DNA of 64,000 bases from a bacterium. GTDB lineage: Bacteria > Patescibacteriota > Patescibacteriia > UBA1558 > S5-K13. The stretch covers positions 4,951 through 68,950 of the forward strand of contig DAORGW010000001.1 in assembly GCA_035356975.1 (NCBI GenBank). The letters run 5' to 3'. Of the stretch, positions 1 through 9,462 are shown in pieces. The notes beneath the pieces were generated by a model. It did no database searches and had not been told where the DNA came from. It worked only from the letters and a program-made list of their open reading frames with translations. The position numbers and the translations under genes were made by a program. Within the stretch, counting starts at the first letter, position 1. Every line of letters starts with the position of its first letter.

Positions 1-1145
1 ATAACGAACTCAATAATACTGTAAATGCTTATGAAGACGAAGTATCACTAAATAATTCTTGGGATTTTAATAATCATGGAAATTATTGGTATGATTATGA
101 TTCTAATTCTGGCACTCCAAACAATTATGTAATTACAGGGTCTGGGAATGGAATTGATAATTTTCCAAAACCAAGAAAAATGAATTTAAACTGTGGAGAC
201 ACAATTAATCAAAGCGTAACACTTTCAAATAATATTACATGTGTAGCAGATCAATGGGTTTCGCTAAATGTTAATTCAAATAATATAACAATTGATTGTG
301 AGAATCATAGCATTACAGGAAGTCCCGGAATTGATGATTGGGGAATTAATATAATTGGAAGAGATAATATTATAATAAGAAATTGTAATTTTTATGCACT
401 AAATTTTCCAATTTATCATGAAGATGGAAGTTATAATGTAATAGAAAATAATACTTTTAATGCTACTCGCCATGGTCCAATACTTAGAAAAGGAAGTTAT
501 AATATTATAAAAAACAATACAATACTAAACACAGAAATGGATGGAATTGGAGTAATAGGATATTTAAATGATGGAATTCCATCTCATCATAATCAAGTAA
601 TAAATAACACAGTTACAAATTGTGGAAGTGATTATGCAAGTATTGATATAAGTTATGGGTGGAATAATTTAATTGATGGAAATATTGTTACAGGCACGGG
701 TCAGTATGATAATAGTATTATAATGGTAAACGCAGTATCAAATAATAATATGATTTCAAATAATTGGGGAACTGGTGGTGATTATGGTTTTTGGGTAACA
801 ACTGGATCAAGTATGAATACATTTTTTCACAATTATATTTCAAATTCTGCTTATGTTGGAATTTATATTGATTCAGAAACATCTTCTTCAACAATTTATC
901 AAAATACTATTCTAAATAGTACACAGAATAATGCTTATCAAGAAGTTGCTCCAAATGAAGTTCAGTGGGAGTTAAATGGAGTTGGTAATTATTGGAGTGA
1001 CCATAATTGTATAGATTCTGACAATAATGGAATATGTGAAAATCCATATAATTTTCCAGGAGATACAGATTATCATCCACTCCTCACCTCAACCTGGAAT
1101 ACAGGAACTATAAGAAGTTTTTATAAGATAAATAAAAGAGACTAA
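1..1145 (+). CDS. NosD-like parallel beta-helix repeat protein, 5'-truncated by the window edge
   Basis: The frame is open from position 3 (NELNNTVNAYEDEVSLNNSWDFNNHGNYWYDY...) into the 180..1145 ORF. It has repeated 'N-x-I-x-N-N-x-I' strands and two GNYW motifs; the C-terminal GNYWSD...DNNGI.E.PY...D.HPL is typical of NosD-domain proteins. Confidence 0.8.
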   Translation, partial: NELNNTVNAYEDEVSLNNSWDFNNHGNYWYDYDSNSGTPNNYVITGSGNGIDNFPKPRKMNLNCGDTINQSVTLSNNITCVADQWVSLNVNSNNITIDCENHSITGSPGIDDWGINIIGRDNIIIRNCNFYALNFPIYHEDGSYNVIENNTFNATRHGPILRKGSYNIIKNNTILNTEMDGIGVIGYLNDGIPSHHNQVINNTVTNCGSDYASIDISYGWNNLIDGNIVTGTGQYDNSIIMVNAVSNNNMISNNWGTGGDYGFWVTTGSSMNTFFHNYISNSAYVGIYIDSETSSSTIYQNTILNSTQNNAYQEVAPNEVQWELNGVGNYWSDHNCIDSDNNGICENPYNFPGDTDYHPLLTSTWNTGTIRSFYKINKRD

Positions 1146-1207
1146 AAACACAATAAATCAAATAAAATTTTAAAAATACCGTTCATTGAATTTTGTTTTT
1201 TGGCTTA

Positions 1208-1259
1208 TTGACACAAGAAAAAATAATAAGATAATATAACTAAAATATTCTAGGGGGAA
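1208..1259 (+). promoter_or_regulatory. Sigma70-like promoter and SD of the 1262 gene
   Basis: TTGACA at 1208, GATAAT at 1230, AGGGGG just before the ATG at 1262. Confidence 0.55.
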
Positions 1260-1261
1260 TA

Positions 1262-1807
1262 ATGATAAGTTTTTGTAAAGAGCTATTACAGTGCTTTTTG
1301 TGTTGGAGAGTTTCGTTTGCAACAGAAGAATTTATTAAAAAAGCACAAGTTGTAATTACTTTTTCATTTGGTGAAAGAGATGAAACCAAATTATATTGTA
1401 GATCTAATGTGTTTCTTGCACATATAACTGAATTTATATTTAAAGAATATCAGATACCCGTTATATCTCAGGGGGAAATAGTTAATTTGGTTACCGGTGG
1501 AATTATTTTCAAAATTGAGCACGCTCGTATATCTGAAAAATATTTAGATACTTACGAAGTCGCTATCCAGGCATATGAATTATGTAGGCAGTATGGTTTT
1601 AATAATGTATTAGTTGTAGCCCACCCACATCATATATGGCGGTGTAAAAAGGCATTACAGAAATTTGGCCTTAGTGTATATGCAATAGATACAAATGCGT
1701 GTCCATATGATAAATTATCTAATCAGATATGGACAAGAAGTGCTTGGATTTTTATTCCAAGAGAATTTCTTACAAGAATAATATATCTTTTTCAAAAAAA
1801 GATATAA
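1262..1807 (+). CDS. Hypothetical protein, possibly DUF218/YdcF-like
   Basis: 181 aa ORF. DTYE...VLVVAHPHHIWRC and C-terminal RE resemble the DUF218 pattern (T.EN...VT..H..RA...RE). It has its own promoter, SD and terminator. Confidence 0.55.
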   Translation: MISFCKELLQCFLCWRVSFATEEFIKKAQVVITFSFGERDETKLYCRSNVFLAHITEFIFKEYQIPVISQGEIVNLVTGGIIFKIEHARISEKYLDTYEVAIQAYELCRQYGFNNVLVVAHPHHIWRCKKALQKFGLSVYAIDTNACPYDKLSNQIWTRSAWIFIPREFLTRIIYLFQKKI

Positions 1808-1812
1808 AAGAT

Positions 1813-1846
1813 AAAAGCGTTCCCTGAATTATTAGGAACGCTTTTT
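1813..1846. terminator. Bidirectional intrinsic terminator
   Basis: AAAAGCGTTCC-loop-GGAACGCTTTTT between convergent genes. Confidence 0.75.
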
Positions 1847-1849
1847 GAT

Positions 1850-2311
1850 TTATAGGTTGATTTGAAGTTCTTCTATTGGATATTCTTTTTCACAATATTT
1901 ACATTGTAAAAATATTCCATCTTGTTTTTGAATTACTATGAATTCTGTTTCTGTTTCTTTGTCTATGCGAGTTATGCATTTTGAGTTGTTGCAGACAATG
2001 AGATTACGTATTGTTGTAGGGAGTTGAATTTTTATTTTATCACAAACCTCTTTGTCTCTTATGATTGAAACAGTCACATTTGGAGCCAAAAGAGCAAGTA
2101 TGCTTGTTTCTTTCTGAGACAGCTCTCTATCTTCGATTTTGATGATATCTTTTTTTTCACCAAAAACTTTACTACTTTTAAGTCCGCTTCCTATAAGATA
2201 ATTATAGTTGCCACTTAAGTATAATATTTTTACAAGTAGTTCAGCTTTACCGTATGGAATATGATCAATTACAGTGCCGTTTGTTATAGCCTTTACTTTA
2301 TCGTCTTTCAT
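1850..2311 (-). CDS. pyrI: Aspartate carbamoyltransferase regulatory subunit
   Basis: V.AI.NGTVIDHI, KD.IKIE, Zn ligands CNNSKC and CKYC; overlaps the pyrB stop. Confidence 0.95.
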   Translation of the reverse strand: MKDDKVKAITNGTVIDHIPYGKAELLVKILYLSGNYNYLIGSGLKSSKVFGEKKDIIKIEDRELSQKETSILALLAPNVTVSIIRDKEVCDKIKIQLPTTIRNLIVCNNSKCITRIDKETETEFIVIQKQDGIFLQCKYCEKEYPIEELQINL

Positions 2312-3219
2312 GATTTTCCCTCCAATAATAAATGGTAAAGTATAGCCTTTCTTACTGTTATTCCCCCCTCTGCTTGTTGCCAGTAATAGGCATACGGGGT
2401 TTCATCTATTTCCCTGGGTATTTCCCCTCTTCGTGGCATTGGGTGGAGAATTTTTAGGTTTGGTTTTACGTTTTTGAGCATTTTTTGTTCAAGCACATAG
2501 AAACCTCTGACCTTGTTGTATTCATCTCCATCTGGTGGAAATCTTTCTTCTTGAATTCTGGTCATGTAACAAACATCAAGTACTTCTATAGCATCTTCAA
2601 TTTTTATGAGTTCTTCGAATTCAATACCCTGTTCTTGTAGATCCCTTATAAATGATTCTGGGATTTTTAAACTTGGTGGTGAAATGAGTTTGAATTTAGG
2701 ATTAAAAAATGACATTGACTTGATAAGCGAATGAACGGTTCTGCTGTATTTTAGATCGCCAACAAAACCTATTGTAAGATTTTCAAGTGTATTTTGAGTT
2801 TTTTTAATTGCATACATATCCAGCAATGCTTGTGTTGGGTGTTGATTAGATCCATCTCCACCATTTATGACTGGAACGTTAACTATTTCTGATGCAAGTC
2901 TCGCTAGGCCTTCTTCTGGCACTCTTAATACAATGAAATCCCCGTATATCCCCATTGTTTTAATAGAGTCATAGGCGCTTTCTCCTTTTTTGATAGAATT
3001 GTTTTCTGTTCCAGGAAAATCAATTGTTTGACCATTAAGTCTTTTAATGGCATATTCGAAAGATCCAAATGTTCTTGTAGATGGTTCTAAAAATGGCACA
3101 ACACCAATTTTTCCAGATAAGTCTGGTTTTAGTTTGCCGTTTTCAATTTTATGAGTAAGTTCAAGAATATGTAAAATATCTTCTTTACTTACATCGCTCA
3201 TTGAAATAAGATGTTTCAT
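2308..3219 (-). CDS. pyrB: Aspartate carbamoyltransferase catalytic subunit
   Basis: EPSTRT, KGES, HPTQ.LLD, GDLKYSRT, TRIQ.ER and HPMPR motifs. Confidence 0.96.
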   Translation of the reverse strand: MKHLISMSDVSKEDILHILELTHKIENGKLKPDLSGKIGVVPFLEPSTRTFGSFEYAIKRLNGQTIDFPGTENNSIKKGESAYDSIKTMGIYGDFIVLRVPEEGLARLASEIVNVPVINGGDGSNQHPTQALLDMYAIKKTQNTLENLTIGFVGDLKYSRTVHSLIKSMSFFNPKFKLISPPSLKIPESFIRDLQEQGIEFEELIKIEDAIEVLDVCYMTRIQEERFPPDGDEYNKVRGFYVLEQKMLKNVKPNLKILHPMPRRGEIPREIDETPYAYYWQQAEGGITVRKAILYHLLLEGKS

Positions 3220-3313
3220 TTTTCCTCCTTTTTGAAAAAAAGTTCCCCCCGGGAGCTTTTCTTTTTTGTTTATTTTCTGTTAAAAAGTATAACAGGTTTT
3301 AAATTTTTTGCAA
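3220..3313 (-). promoter_or_regulatory. pyrBI promoter, leader hairpin with U-tract, and SD
   Basis: On the minus strand: TTGCAA-N16-TATACT (with extended TG), then AAAAGCTCCC-GGG-GGGAACTTTTTTT, then AGGAGG ahead of the ATG. Confidence 0.5.
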
Positions 3314-3315
3314 AT

Positions 3316-4785
3316 TTATTTCAATTTGTCTCTAAGAATTTTTTCTATAATTTCAGGATTTGCACGACCACCCGTTTCTTTCATCGCAACCCCCACAAAA
3401 TATTTCATTAGATTTTCTTTTCCAGATTTATATTCATTTACCTGAATAGTATTTTCATTAATAATTTTTTGAGCTAATTTTTTAAGTTCATTTTCATTAT
3501 TAATTTGAGTAAAATTATTTTCTTTTATTATATTTTCTGGGTCAGTTCCTGTGTCAAACATTATTTTTAAAACTCTCTGAGCATTTGAACTGTTTATTGT
3601 ATTTTTATAAATTTCAAATATAAATTTAGAAAAATCATTGGGGCTAATTTTTATATTTTCTATGCTAGTGTTTTCTTTGTTTATTAATTTGAATAATTCA
3701 GAAGTAATCCACCCAGTTATTAATTTTGTAATTTTAGATTTTTCTTTTTTGTAATCATTTTGTGAGATAAGTGTTTGAAATTCAGATACAGTATTTTCAA
3801 AAAATTCAGATATTTCTATGGTGTTAGATAAAATCTCTGCATCGTTTATGCTAATTTCAAATTCATTAATAAATCTTTTTATTTTTTCATCTGCAAGTTC
3901 TGGAATTTCAATTTGTAATTTATCAATTTTTTCATCTGAAATAAAAATTTCAGGAATATCTGGTTCGGGGAAATATCTATAATCATTTGATTCTTCTTTT
4001 TCACGTTGTAATTCTGTAATCTGTTTTGCGTCTATATATCCACGAGTAGTTTGTATTTCTGGTTTTTCATTTTTTTCCCATAATTCAGTTTGTCTTTTTA
4101 TCTCGTATTCAAGTGCTTTTTCTACTGATTTAAATGAATTTAAATTTTTAATTTCAGTTTTTGGATAAAGTTTTAGATCTCCATTTGGACGAAGTGAAAT
4201 ATTTACATCACATCGTAGGTTTCCTTTCTCCATGTCAGCATCTGAAATATTTAAATATCTGCAAATTTGGCGTAGTTTTTGTAGAAATAATTTCGCCTGC
4301 CCAGGTGATCTAAAGTCAGGACAAGTTACAATTTCAGCAAGTGGAGTTCCCGCTCTATTAAAATCAACAAGAGTTTCCCCATCTATGTGCATACTTTTTG
4401 CACTATCATTTTCTATGTGTAATCTCTCAATCCCAATTCTTATTTTTTTATCATTTTCTTCTATGATAAAAAATCCATTTTGCGACAGTGGATACTCAAA
4501 TTGAGAAATTTGATAACCATGTGGTAAATCTGGATAAAAATAATTTTTTCTTTCAAAAACACTTCTGTGATTTATTTTTAAATTTAGCGCAAGTGCTAAT
4601 TTTATGGCATAATTTATAACTTCTTCGTTTAAATCGGGTAGTGTTCCGGGGTGACCCAAACAAATTGGACACACAACGCTATTTGGTTTTGTGTCATCAG
4701 AAATATTAGAACAACTACAAAACATTTTACTTTTTGTCTTTAATTGTACATGAATTTCTAATCCTATAATTGGTTCAAGATTCAT
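3316..4785 (-). CDS. gatB: Asp-tRNA(Asn)/Glu-tRNA(Gln) amidotransferase subunit B
   Basis: IGLEIHVQL, RKNYFYPDLP, DFNRAGTPL.EIVT, LRCDVNIS, EIKNLNS, DYRYFPEPD. Confidence 0.98.
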   Translation of the reverse strand: MNLEPIIGLEIHVQLKTKSKMFCSCSNISDDTKPNSVVCPICLGHPGTLPDLNEEVINYAIKLALALNLKINHRSVFERKNYFYPDLPHGYQISQFEYPLSQNGFFIIEENDKKIRIGIERLHIENDSAKSMHIDGETLVDFNRAGTPLAEIVTCPDFRSPGQAKLFLQKLRQICRYLNISDADMEKGNLRCDVNISLRPNGDLKLYPKTEIKNLNSFKSVEKALEYEIKRQTELWEKNEKPEIQTTRGYIDAKQITELQREKEESNDYRYFPEPDIPEIFISDEKIDKLQIEIPELADEKIKRFINEFEISINDAEILSNTIEISEFFENTVSEFQTLISQNDYKKEKSKITKLITGWITSELFKLINKENTSIENIKISPNDFSKFIFEIYKNTINSSNAQRVLKIMFDTGTDPENIIKENNFTQINNENELKKLAQKIINENTIQVNEYKSGKENLMKYFVGVAMKETGGRANPEIIEKILRDKLK

Positions 4786-4789
4786 AATT

Positions 4790-6478
4790 TTACATTTTGT
4801 TAACAGTATTTATTCCAAGTAAATTTAATCCATTTTTAATTACTTGTGATACGCAGAATACTAGAGCAATTTTTGCTTTTGTAGAGTTTGTATCATTTGT
4901 TATTACTCTAATGTTATTATAAAACTCATTAAAATCTTTTGCTAGATCAATTAGATAATTTGCTACTATATTTGGTTTATAATTCTCTGCTGATTTTATA
5001 AGCACATCTTTAAAATTACTTAAATCTTTTATAATTTTTATTTCTGAGTCTTCTTTTAATAATTTATAATCAATATTTGTTTCGGGTTTTAATTTATATT
5101 CTTTTTTAGCTTTTTCCAAAATACTTAAACACCTTACATAAGTGTATTGTAAATATGGAGATGTGTCTCCATCAAATGCCAGTACCCTATTCCAGTTGAA
5201 AATTATATTTTTGTTTCTATCATTTGATAAATCAGCAAAAATTACAGCACCAAGTCCAATTTTTTTGGCTATTTCTTGATCATCTTTTGCAATTGATTTT
5301 TTGTCTGTCATTATTTTTTTTGCTAAATTGATAGATTTATTCAAAACATCTTCTAGAAATATTATATTTCCTTCACGAGTAGACATTGTGTTATCAGAAA
5401 AACTGAACATTCCAAAATTTACATGTATAAATTTATCTTTATTGAGTTTCATCAAATCTAAAACGGTGAATAATTGTTTAAAATGTAATTCTTGTTCACA
5501 CCCCACAACATATAAAATTTTGTAGGGTTTGTATTTTTTTAATCTATAAATTGCCGCAGATAAATCTCGCAAGTGATAAGAACTTGTTTCATTTGATTTT
5601 AGTAAGAAAAATGGTGGCATTTTAAATTTTTCTAGATCAACTATAAGAGCCCCTTCAGATATTTTTGTATCTAATGATTTTTTTGCTAATTTTAAAGTCT
5701 CTTCTAGATGAGAATTATAAAATGCTTCTCCATCATATGAATCAAATTTTATATTTAAAATTTTATAAATTTTTTTGAATTCTTCAAGAGATAACGATCT
5801 GAAGCTTTTCCATAATTCTAAATTTTTCTTATCATGCTTTTCTAGTTTTTGAAATTGATCGCGCGCCGCATCATCAAGTTTTGGATTTTGTTTTGATTCT
5901 TTGTGAAATTTTACATATAAATCTAGTAAATGTTTTATTGGTTCTTTTTTTAATTCCATAGAACTTCCCCATGTTTTATAAGCATAAATTAATTTTCCAA
6001 ATTGTGTTCCCCAGTCACCCAAATGATTTATACCAATAACCTTATATCCCAATGATTTATATATTTTGTATAATGAGTTTCCTATCACAGTGCTTCTTAA
6101 ATGTCCAATATTAAGTGGTTTTGCAATATTTGGAGATGAAAAATCTATTACAATGACTTTGTTTTTTCCAACACTCTGTTTTCCGAAATTATTTTTTTCT
6201 TTAAAAATTTCATTTATAATATTTTTTGAAATTGAACTATAATCAATAAAAAAATTTACATAAGGACCAATGGCTCTTATTTCTTTTACAAAATTTGGTT
6301 TTTTTATTTTTTTAACTAAATCGTTTGCAATTTCCTGAGCTGATTTATTTAATTTTTTTGATAATTCAAAACATGGAAAAGCATAGTCACCCAATTCTTG
6401 TTTTGGTGGAATTTCAATTTCTGGATTTTTAATTCCGATTGTTTTTGAAATTAAATCTTTTATTTTTTTTTCAAACAT
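4790..6478 (-). CDS. argS: Arginine--tRNA ligase
   Basis: DFSSPNIAKPLNIGHLRS (HIGH variant), HLGDWGTQFG, MSTREGN, YLQYTYVR. Confidence 0.97.
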   Translation of the reverse strand: MFEKKIKDLISKTIGIKNPEIEIPPKQELGDYAFPCFELSKKLNKSAQEIANDLVKKIKKPNFVKEIRAIGPYVNFFIDYSSISKNIINEIFKEKNNFGKQSVGKNKVIVIDFSSPNIAKPLNIGHLRSTVIGNSLYKIYKSLGYKVIGINHLGDWGTQFGKLIYAYKTWGSSMELKKEPIKHLLDLYVKFHKESKQNPKLDDAARDQFQKLEKHDKKNLELWKSFRSLSLEEFKKIYKILNIKFDSYDGEAFYNSHLEETLKLAKKSLDTKISEGALIVDLEKFKMPPFFLLKSNETSSYHLRDLSAAIYRLKKYKPYKILYVVGCEQELHFKQLFTVLDLMKLNKDKFIHVNFGMFSFSDNTMSTREGNIIFLEDVLNKSINLAKKIMTDKKSIAKDDQEIAKKIGLGAVIFADLSNDRNKNIIFNWNRVLAFDGDTSPYLQYTYVRCLSILEKAKKEYKLKPETNIDYKLLKEDSEIKIIKDLSNFKDVLIKSAENYKPNIVANYLIDLAKDFNEFYNNIRVITNDTNSTKAKIALVFCVSQVIKNGLNLLGINTVNKM

Positions 6479-6507
6479 ATTATTAAAATATTTTAGAATT
6501 TATAGTT

Positions 6508-7695
6508 CTATAGTAATGTTTGTATGTGATTTAACATTTGATCAACTTTTTTTTCCCAAGTATGATCTTTTATAAATTTTATTCTGTTTTCTATTTTTTC
6601 TTGTGAATTATTATTTAATTCTTCCTGAATTAAAATATTAAATTTTTCAAAATCATTTGCAACAGAGACAATATTTTTAAATTGTTCTACTCCGGGTGCA
6701 TCAGTTGTAACAACCGGAACTCCACAAGCCAAATATTCATAAATTTTCATGGGGCATGTATATTTTATAAAATCATTTAGCAAATGTGGAATGATTCCCA
6801 CATCAAATTGATTTATGTAATCAGGGGTTTCTTTATAACTTTTTTTACCGAGTAGATATATATTTGAATATGCTTTTAATAATTTTTCGTGTTCTTTGTC
6901 CCATATCGGACCAATTAGAACTATTGATTTATCTAGATTTTTTTTAGCAATGTATTCAATTAAATCAAGATTTATTCTGTTTTCTTGAATTATTCCTACA
7001 TATCCAATTATAGGATGATGAATTTTAGCTATATCATTGTTTATTAATTTGCTTTTCATCATGTAGTGAGCCAAATCAACACCCTGGGTTATGTGAAATA
7101 TATTGTCTTTTCTTGGGCTAAAAATTTCTTCGCCACTTTTTGAAAGCACAAAAATTATATTTGCCCTTTCTTTGATTTTTTTATAATTTTCTTCTATTTT
7201 TATTTTGATTTTTTTATAACTTGCATGCTCACACCAATTATCAACAGTATCAAAAACAGACACAGAATATTCAATTCCATCAAAATATTCTACATTTATT
7301 GGATAATAGGACCACAGTATTATATTTTTATATCCATTTTTTTTCAAATATCTGTTTAGATTGCGAAGCATTTTTTTCATTGAGAAAATATTAAAAATAG
7401 TTGAGTAAACCGTGACTTTTTCTTCTGGTTGATAGATTTTTGTAAATCGTGATTTTTTTATTACAGTTCCTTTTGTGTTTTCTAATATATTTTCTTTATA
7501 ATTTCTTAAAGCCCTTTTTATGGTATATGGTAAATAATCAACAGTTAAAATTTTGTCGATTTTTGGATTATTTTTAAGTTGTTTAAAAATTTGAAAATTA
7601 CGATTACTTGTACCACTTTCCCATTCGCTGTAACTAGACATTGAAAACATAACTACATCAAATTTTTGTTCAGTTTTTTGTATTTTTTTAGGCAT
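6508..7695 (-). CDS. GT-B (GT4-like) glycosyltransferase
   Basis: IIGYVG and PMKIYEYLACGVPVVTT motifs. Confidence 0.85.
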   Translation of the reverse strand: MPKKIQKTEQKFDVVMFSMSSYSEWESGTSNRNFQIFKQLKNNPKIDKILTVDYLPYTIKRALRNYKENILENTKGTVIKKSRFTKIYQPEEKVTVYSTIFNIFSMKKMLRNLNRYLKKNGYKNIILWSYYPINVEYFDGIEYSVSVFDTVDNWCEHASYKKIKIKIEENYKKIKERANIIFVLSKSGEEIFSPRKDNIFHITQGVDLAHYMMKSKLINNDIAKIHHPIIGYVGIIQENRINLDLIEYIAKKNLDKSIVLIGPIWDKEHEKLLKAYSNIYLLGKKSYKETPDYINQFDVGIIPHLLNDFIKYTCPMKIYEYLACGVPVVTTDAPGVEQFKNIVSVANDFEKFNILIQEELNNNSQEKIENRIKFIKDHTWEKKVDQMLNHIQTLL

Positions 7696-8767
7696 TTAAT
7701 TCTTTTATTAATTTCTGCGTAATTTTTCCCCAAGTAAAATTATTAATTGTTCTTTTGTATGCATTTTCTCCTAATTTTTCTCTTAAATTATCATCTTTTA
7801 ATAATTTTCTTATTGAATTTTTTAATTCTTCTAGATTTTCATCATTTATTAGTAGGCCGCTTACATTGTCAATAACAGCTTCTTTTGCACCACCTGAGTT
7901 TGAGGCTAAGCTTGGTTTTTTAAATAAGGCGGCCTCAAGATAAACTATTCCAAATCCTTCCGTATCATTTTTTGTCTCAAGGCTTACCATTGCAAAAATA
8001 TCACATATTGAATAAAAATAGGGTAATTCTTCATCTGTTACATCTTCTAAAAATATAATATTTTTGTTATCACGTGCTAAATTTTTCAAATATTCTAAAT
8101 TATCCCCAGTTCCAGCTATTAAATATATTAAATTTTGAAATTCATTTTTTAATTCATTTGTGGCTTTTATGATAAATTCGTGATTTTTTCTTTTTATAAT
8201 ACGCCCCACCGTTAAAATTATTTTTTTATTCTCCAAATTATATTTTTTGATAATTGCTAATTTTTTTTCTTCATTTATATTTTGAAATTTTTCATTTATC
8301 CCAGGATATAATATCTCTATAGGAGTTTTTGTTTTAATTATTGATTTAGTTGAATCACTATTTGCAAAAACAATGCGCGCATTATCTAAAATTTTCTTTG
8401 TTATAAATTTTTTGATGATTTTACTCTGAGCAAGTTTTATATCAAGTCCATGAATAAAAATATAATAATTTATTTTTAATGATTTTTTTATAAAATAAGC
8501 ATATTTTCCAATGGGCAAGATATTACCCACAATAATTTTTTCTATTTTTTCATCACTTACTATTTTTTTAATTTGATTTATGGTTGTAAAAAAATGGCAT
8601 ATTCCAAAATTTAAATCTTTTCTTATTATATTTTTTTCTTCTTCGCCTTTTACATTTGTAAGAACAACTAATTCATCATTAGGAAAATTTTTGAAAATAT
8701 TATAATAATAATTTGATATTCCACCACGATTTGGTAAAAAGTCAAGTGTTATTAAAAGTGTCTTCAT
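7688..8767 (-). CDS. GT4 glycosyltransferase
   Basis: DFLP..GGIS, LTVGR...RKN, EGFGIVYLEA. Confidence 0.9.
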   Translation of the reverse strand: MKTLLITLDFLPNRGGISNYYYNIFKNFPNDELVVLTNVKGEEEKNIIRKDLNFGICHFFTTINQIKKIVSDEKIEKIIVGNILPIGKYAYFIKKSLKINYYIFIHGLDIKLAQSKIIKKFITKKILDNARIVFANSDSTKSIIKTKTPIEILYPGINEKFQNINEEKKLAIIKKYNLENKKIILTVGRIIKRKNHEFIIKATNELKNEFQNLIYLIAGTGDNLEYLKNLARDNKNIIFLEDVTDEELPYFYSICDIFAMVSLETKNDTEGFGIVYLEAALFKKPSLASNSGGAKEAVIDNVSGLLINDENLEELKNSIRKLLKDDNLREKLGENAYKRTINNFTWGKITQKLIKELNA

Positions 8768-8833
8768 AAATAAAAATAATATGCATTTATTGGTTTATTA
8801 TAGCATAAATACATATTTTTCGGAATTTGTAAT

Positions 8834-9454
8834 TTAAAAGTCGGAACGTGCTTTTTTAAGGAAATTTTTATATTCAGGATCGCTTGTCATGAGTTCTTCT
8901 AATACTTGTCTTACATATTCTGCTTTGGCTTTTTTTTCTGCCATTGATTTCCATGTTAAATATCTTTCTATTTTTGGTGAAATTCTTAGGGTAAATTTTA
9001 CATTCACTTTTTCTTTTATAAGAGAACCAGACTCAAGTAAATTTAGGAAATCAGAAATAATATTTTGATAAGTTAATTTTTCTTTATCATTTTTTGAATA
9101 AAATTTTAAGAAAAAGTTTTCTCCTAAATTAGGATCTTTTCTTATGTATTCAAGTTGTTCCGGAATTATGTGACCTTTTTCCATTAGATATAGTAATGGT
9201 TTTTTATAGGCAAGAGCTGTTGCTATAACATAAACCGAGTCAGGAGAAATATTTGTTCCCTCAATTATTACAGCCTCTATTTGATCATAGCTTATGCTTT
9301 TTTTTGCTTCATTTTCCCCTCGCGAAATTTTTTTCTCCAAATTACTTACTAAATTGATTCCGTTTTTTATTAAAAATTTATGAATATCAACGTATCTACT
9401 TTCCCAGTATTTGTCGCTTAATTTATCCAAATTTGTAAAATAATATATTTTCAT
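8834..9454 (-). CDS. Hypothetical protein with a nucleoside 2-deoxyribosyltransferase-like N-domain and a C-terminal ribbon-helix-helix
   Basis: EAVIIEGT..SPDSVYVIATALAYKKPLLYL resembles the NDT/DNPH1 core; VKFTLRISPKIERYL...KAEYVRQVLEE fits an RHH pattern. Confidence 0.55.
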   Translation of the reverse strand: MKIYYFTNLDKLSDKYWESRYVDIHKFLIKNGINLVSNLEKKISRGENEAKKSISYDQIEAVIIEGTNISPDSVYVIATALAYKKPLLYLMEKGHIIPEQLEYIRKDPNLGENFFLKFYSKNDKEKLTYQNIISDFLNLLESGSLIKEKVNVKFTLRISPKIERYLTWKSMAEKKAKAEYVRQVLEELMTSDPEYKNFLKKARSDF

Positions 9455-9462
9455 TTAATTAT

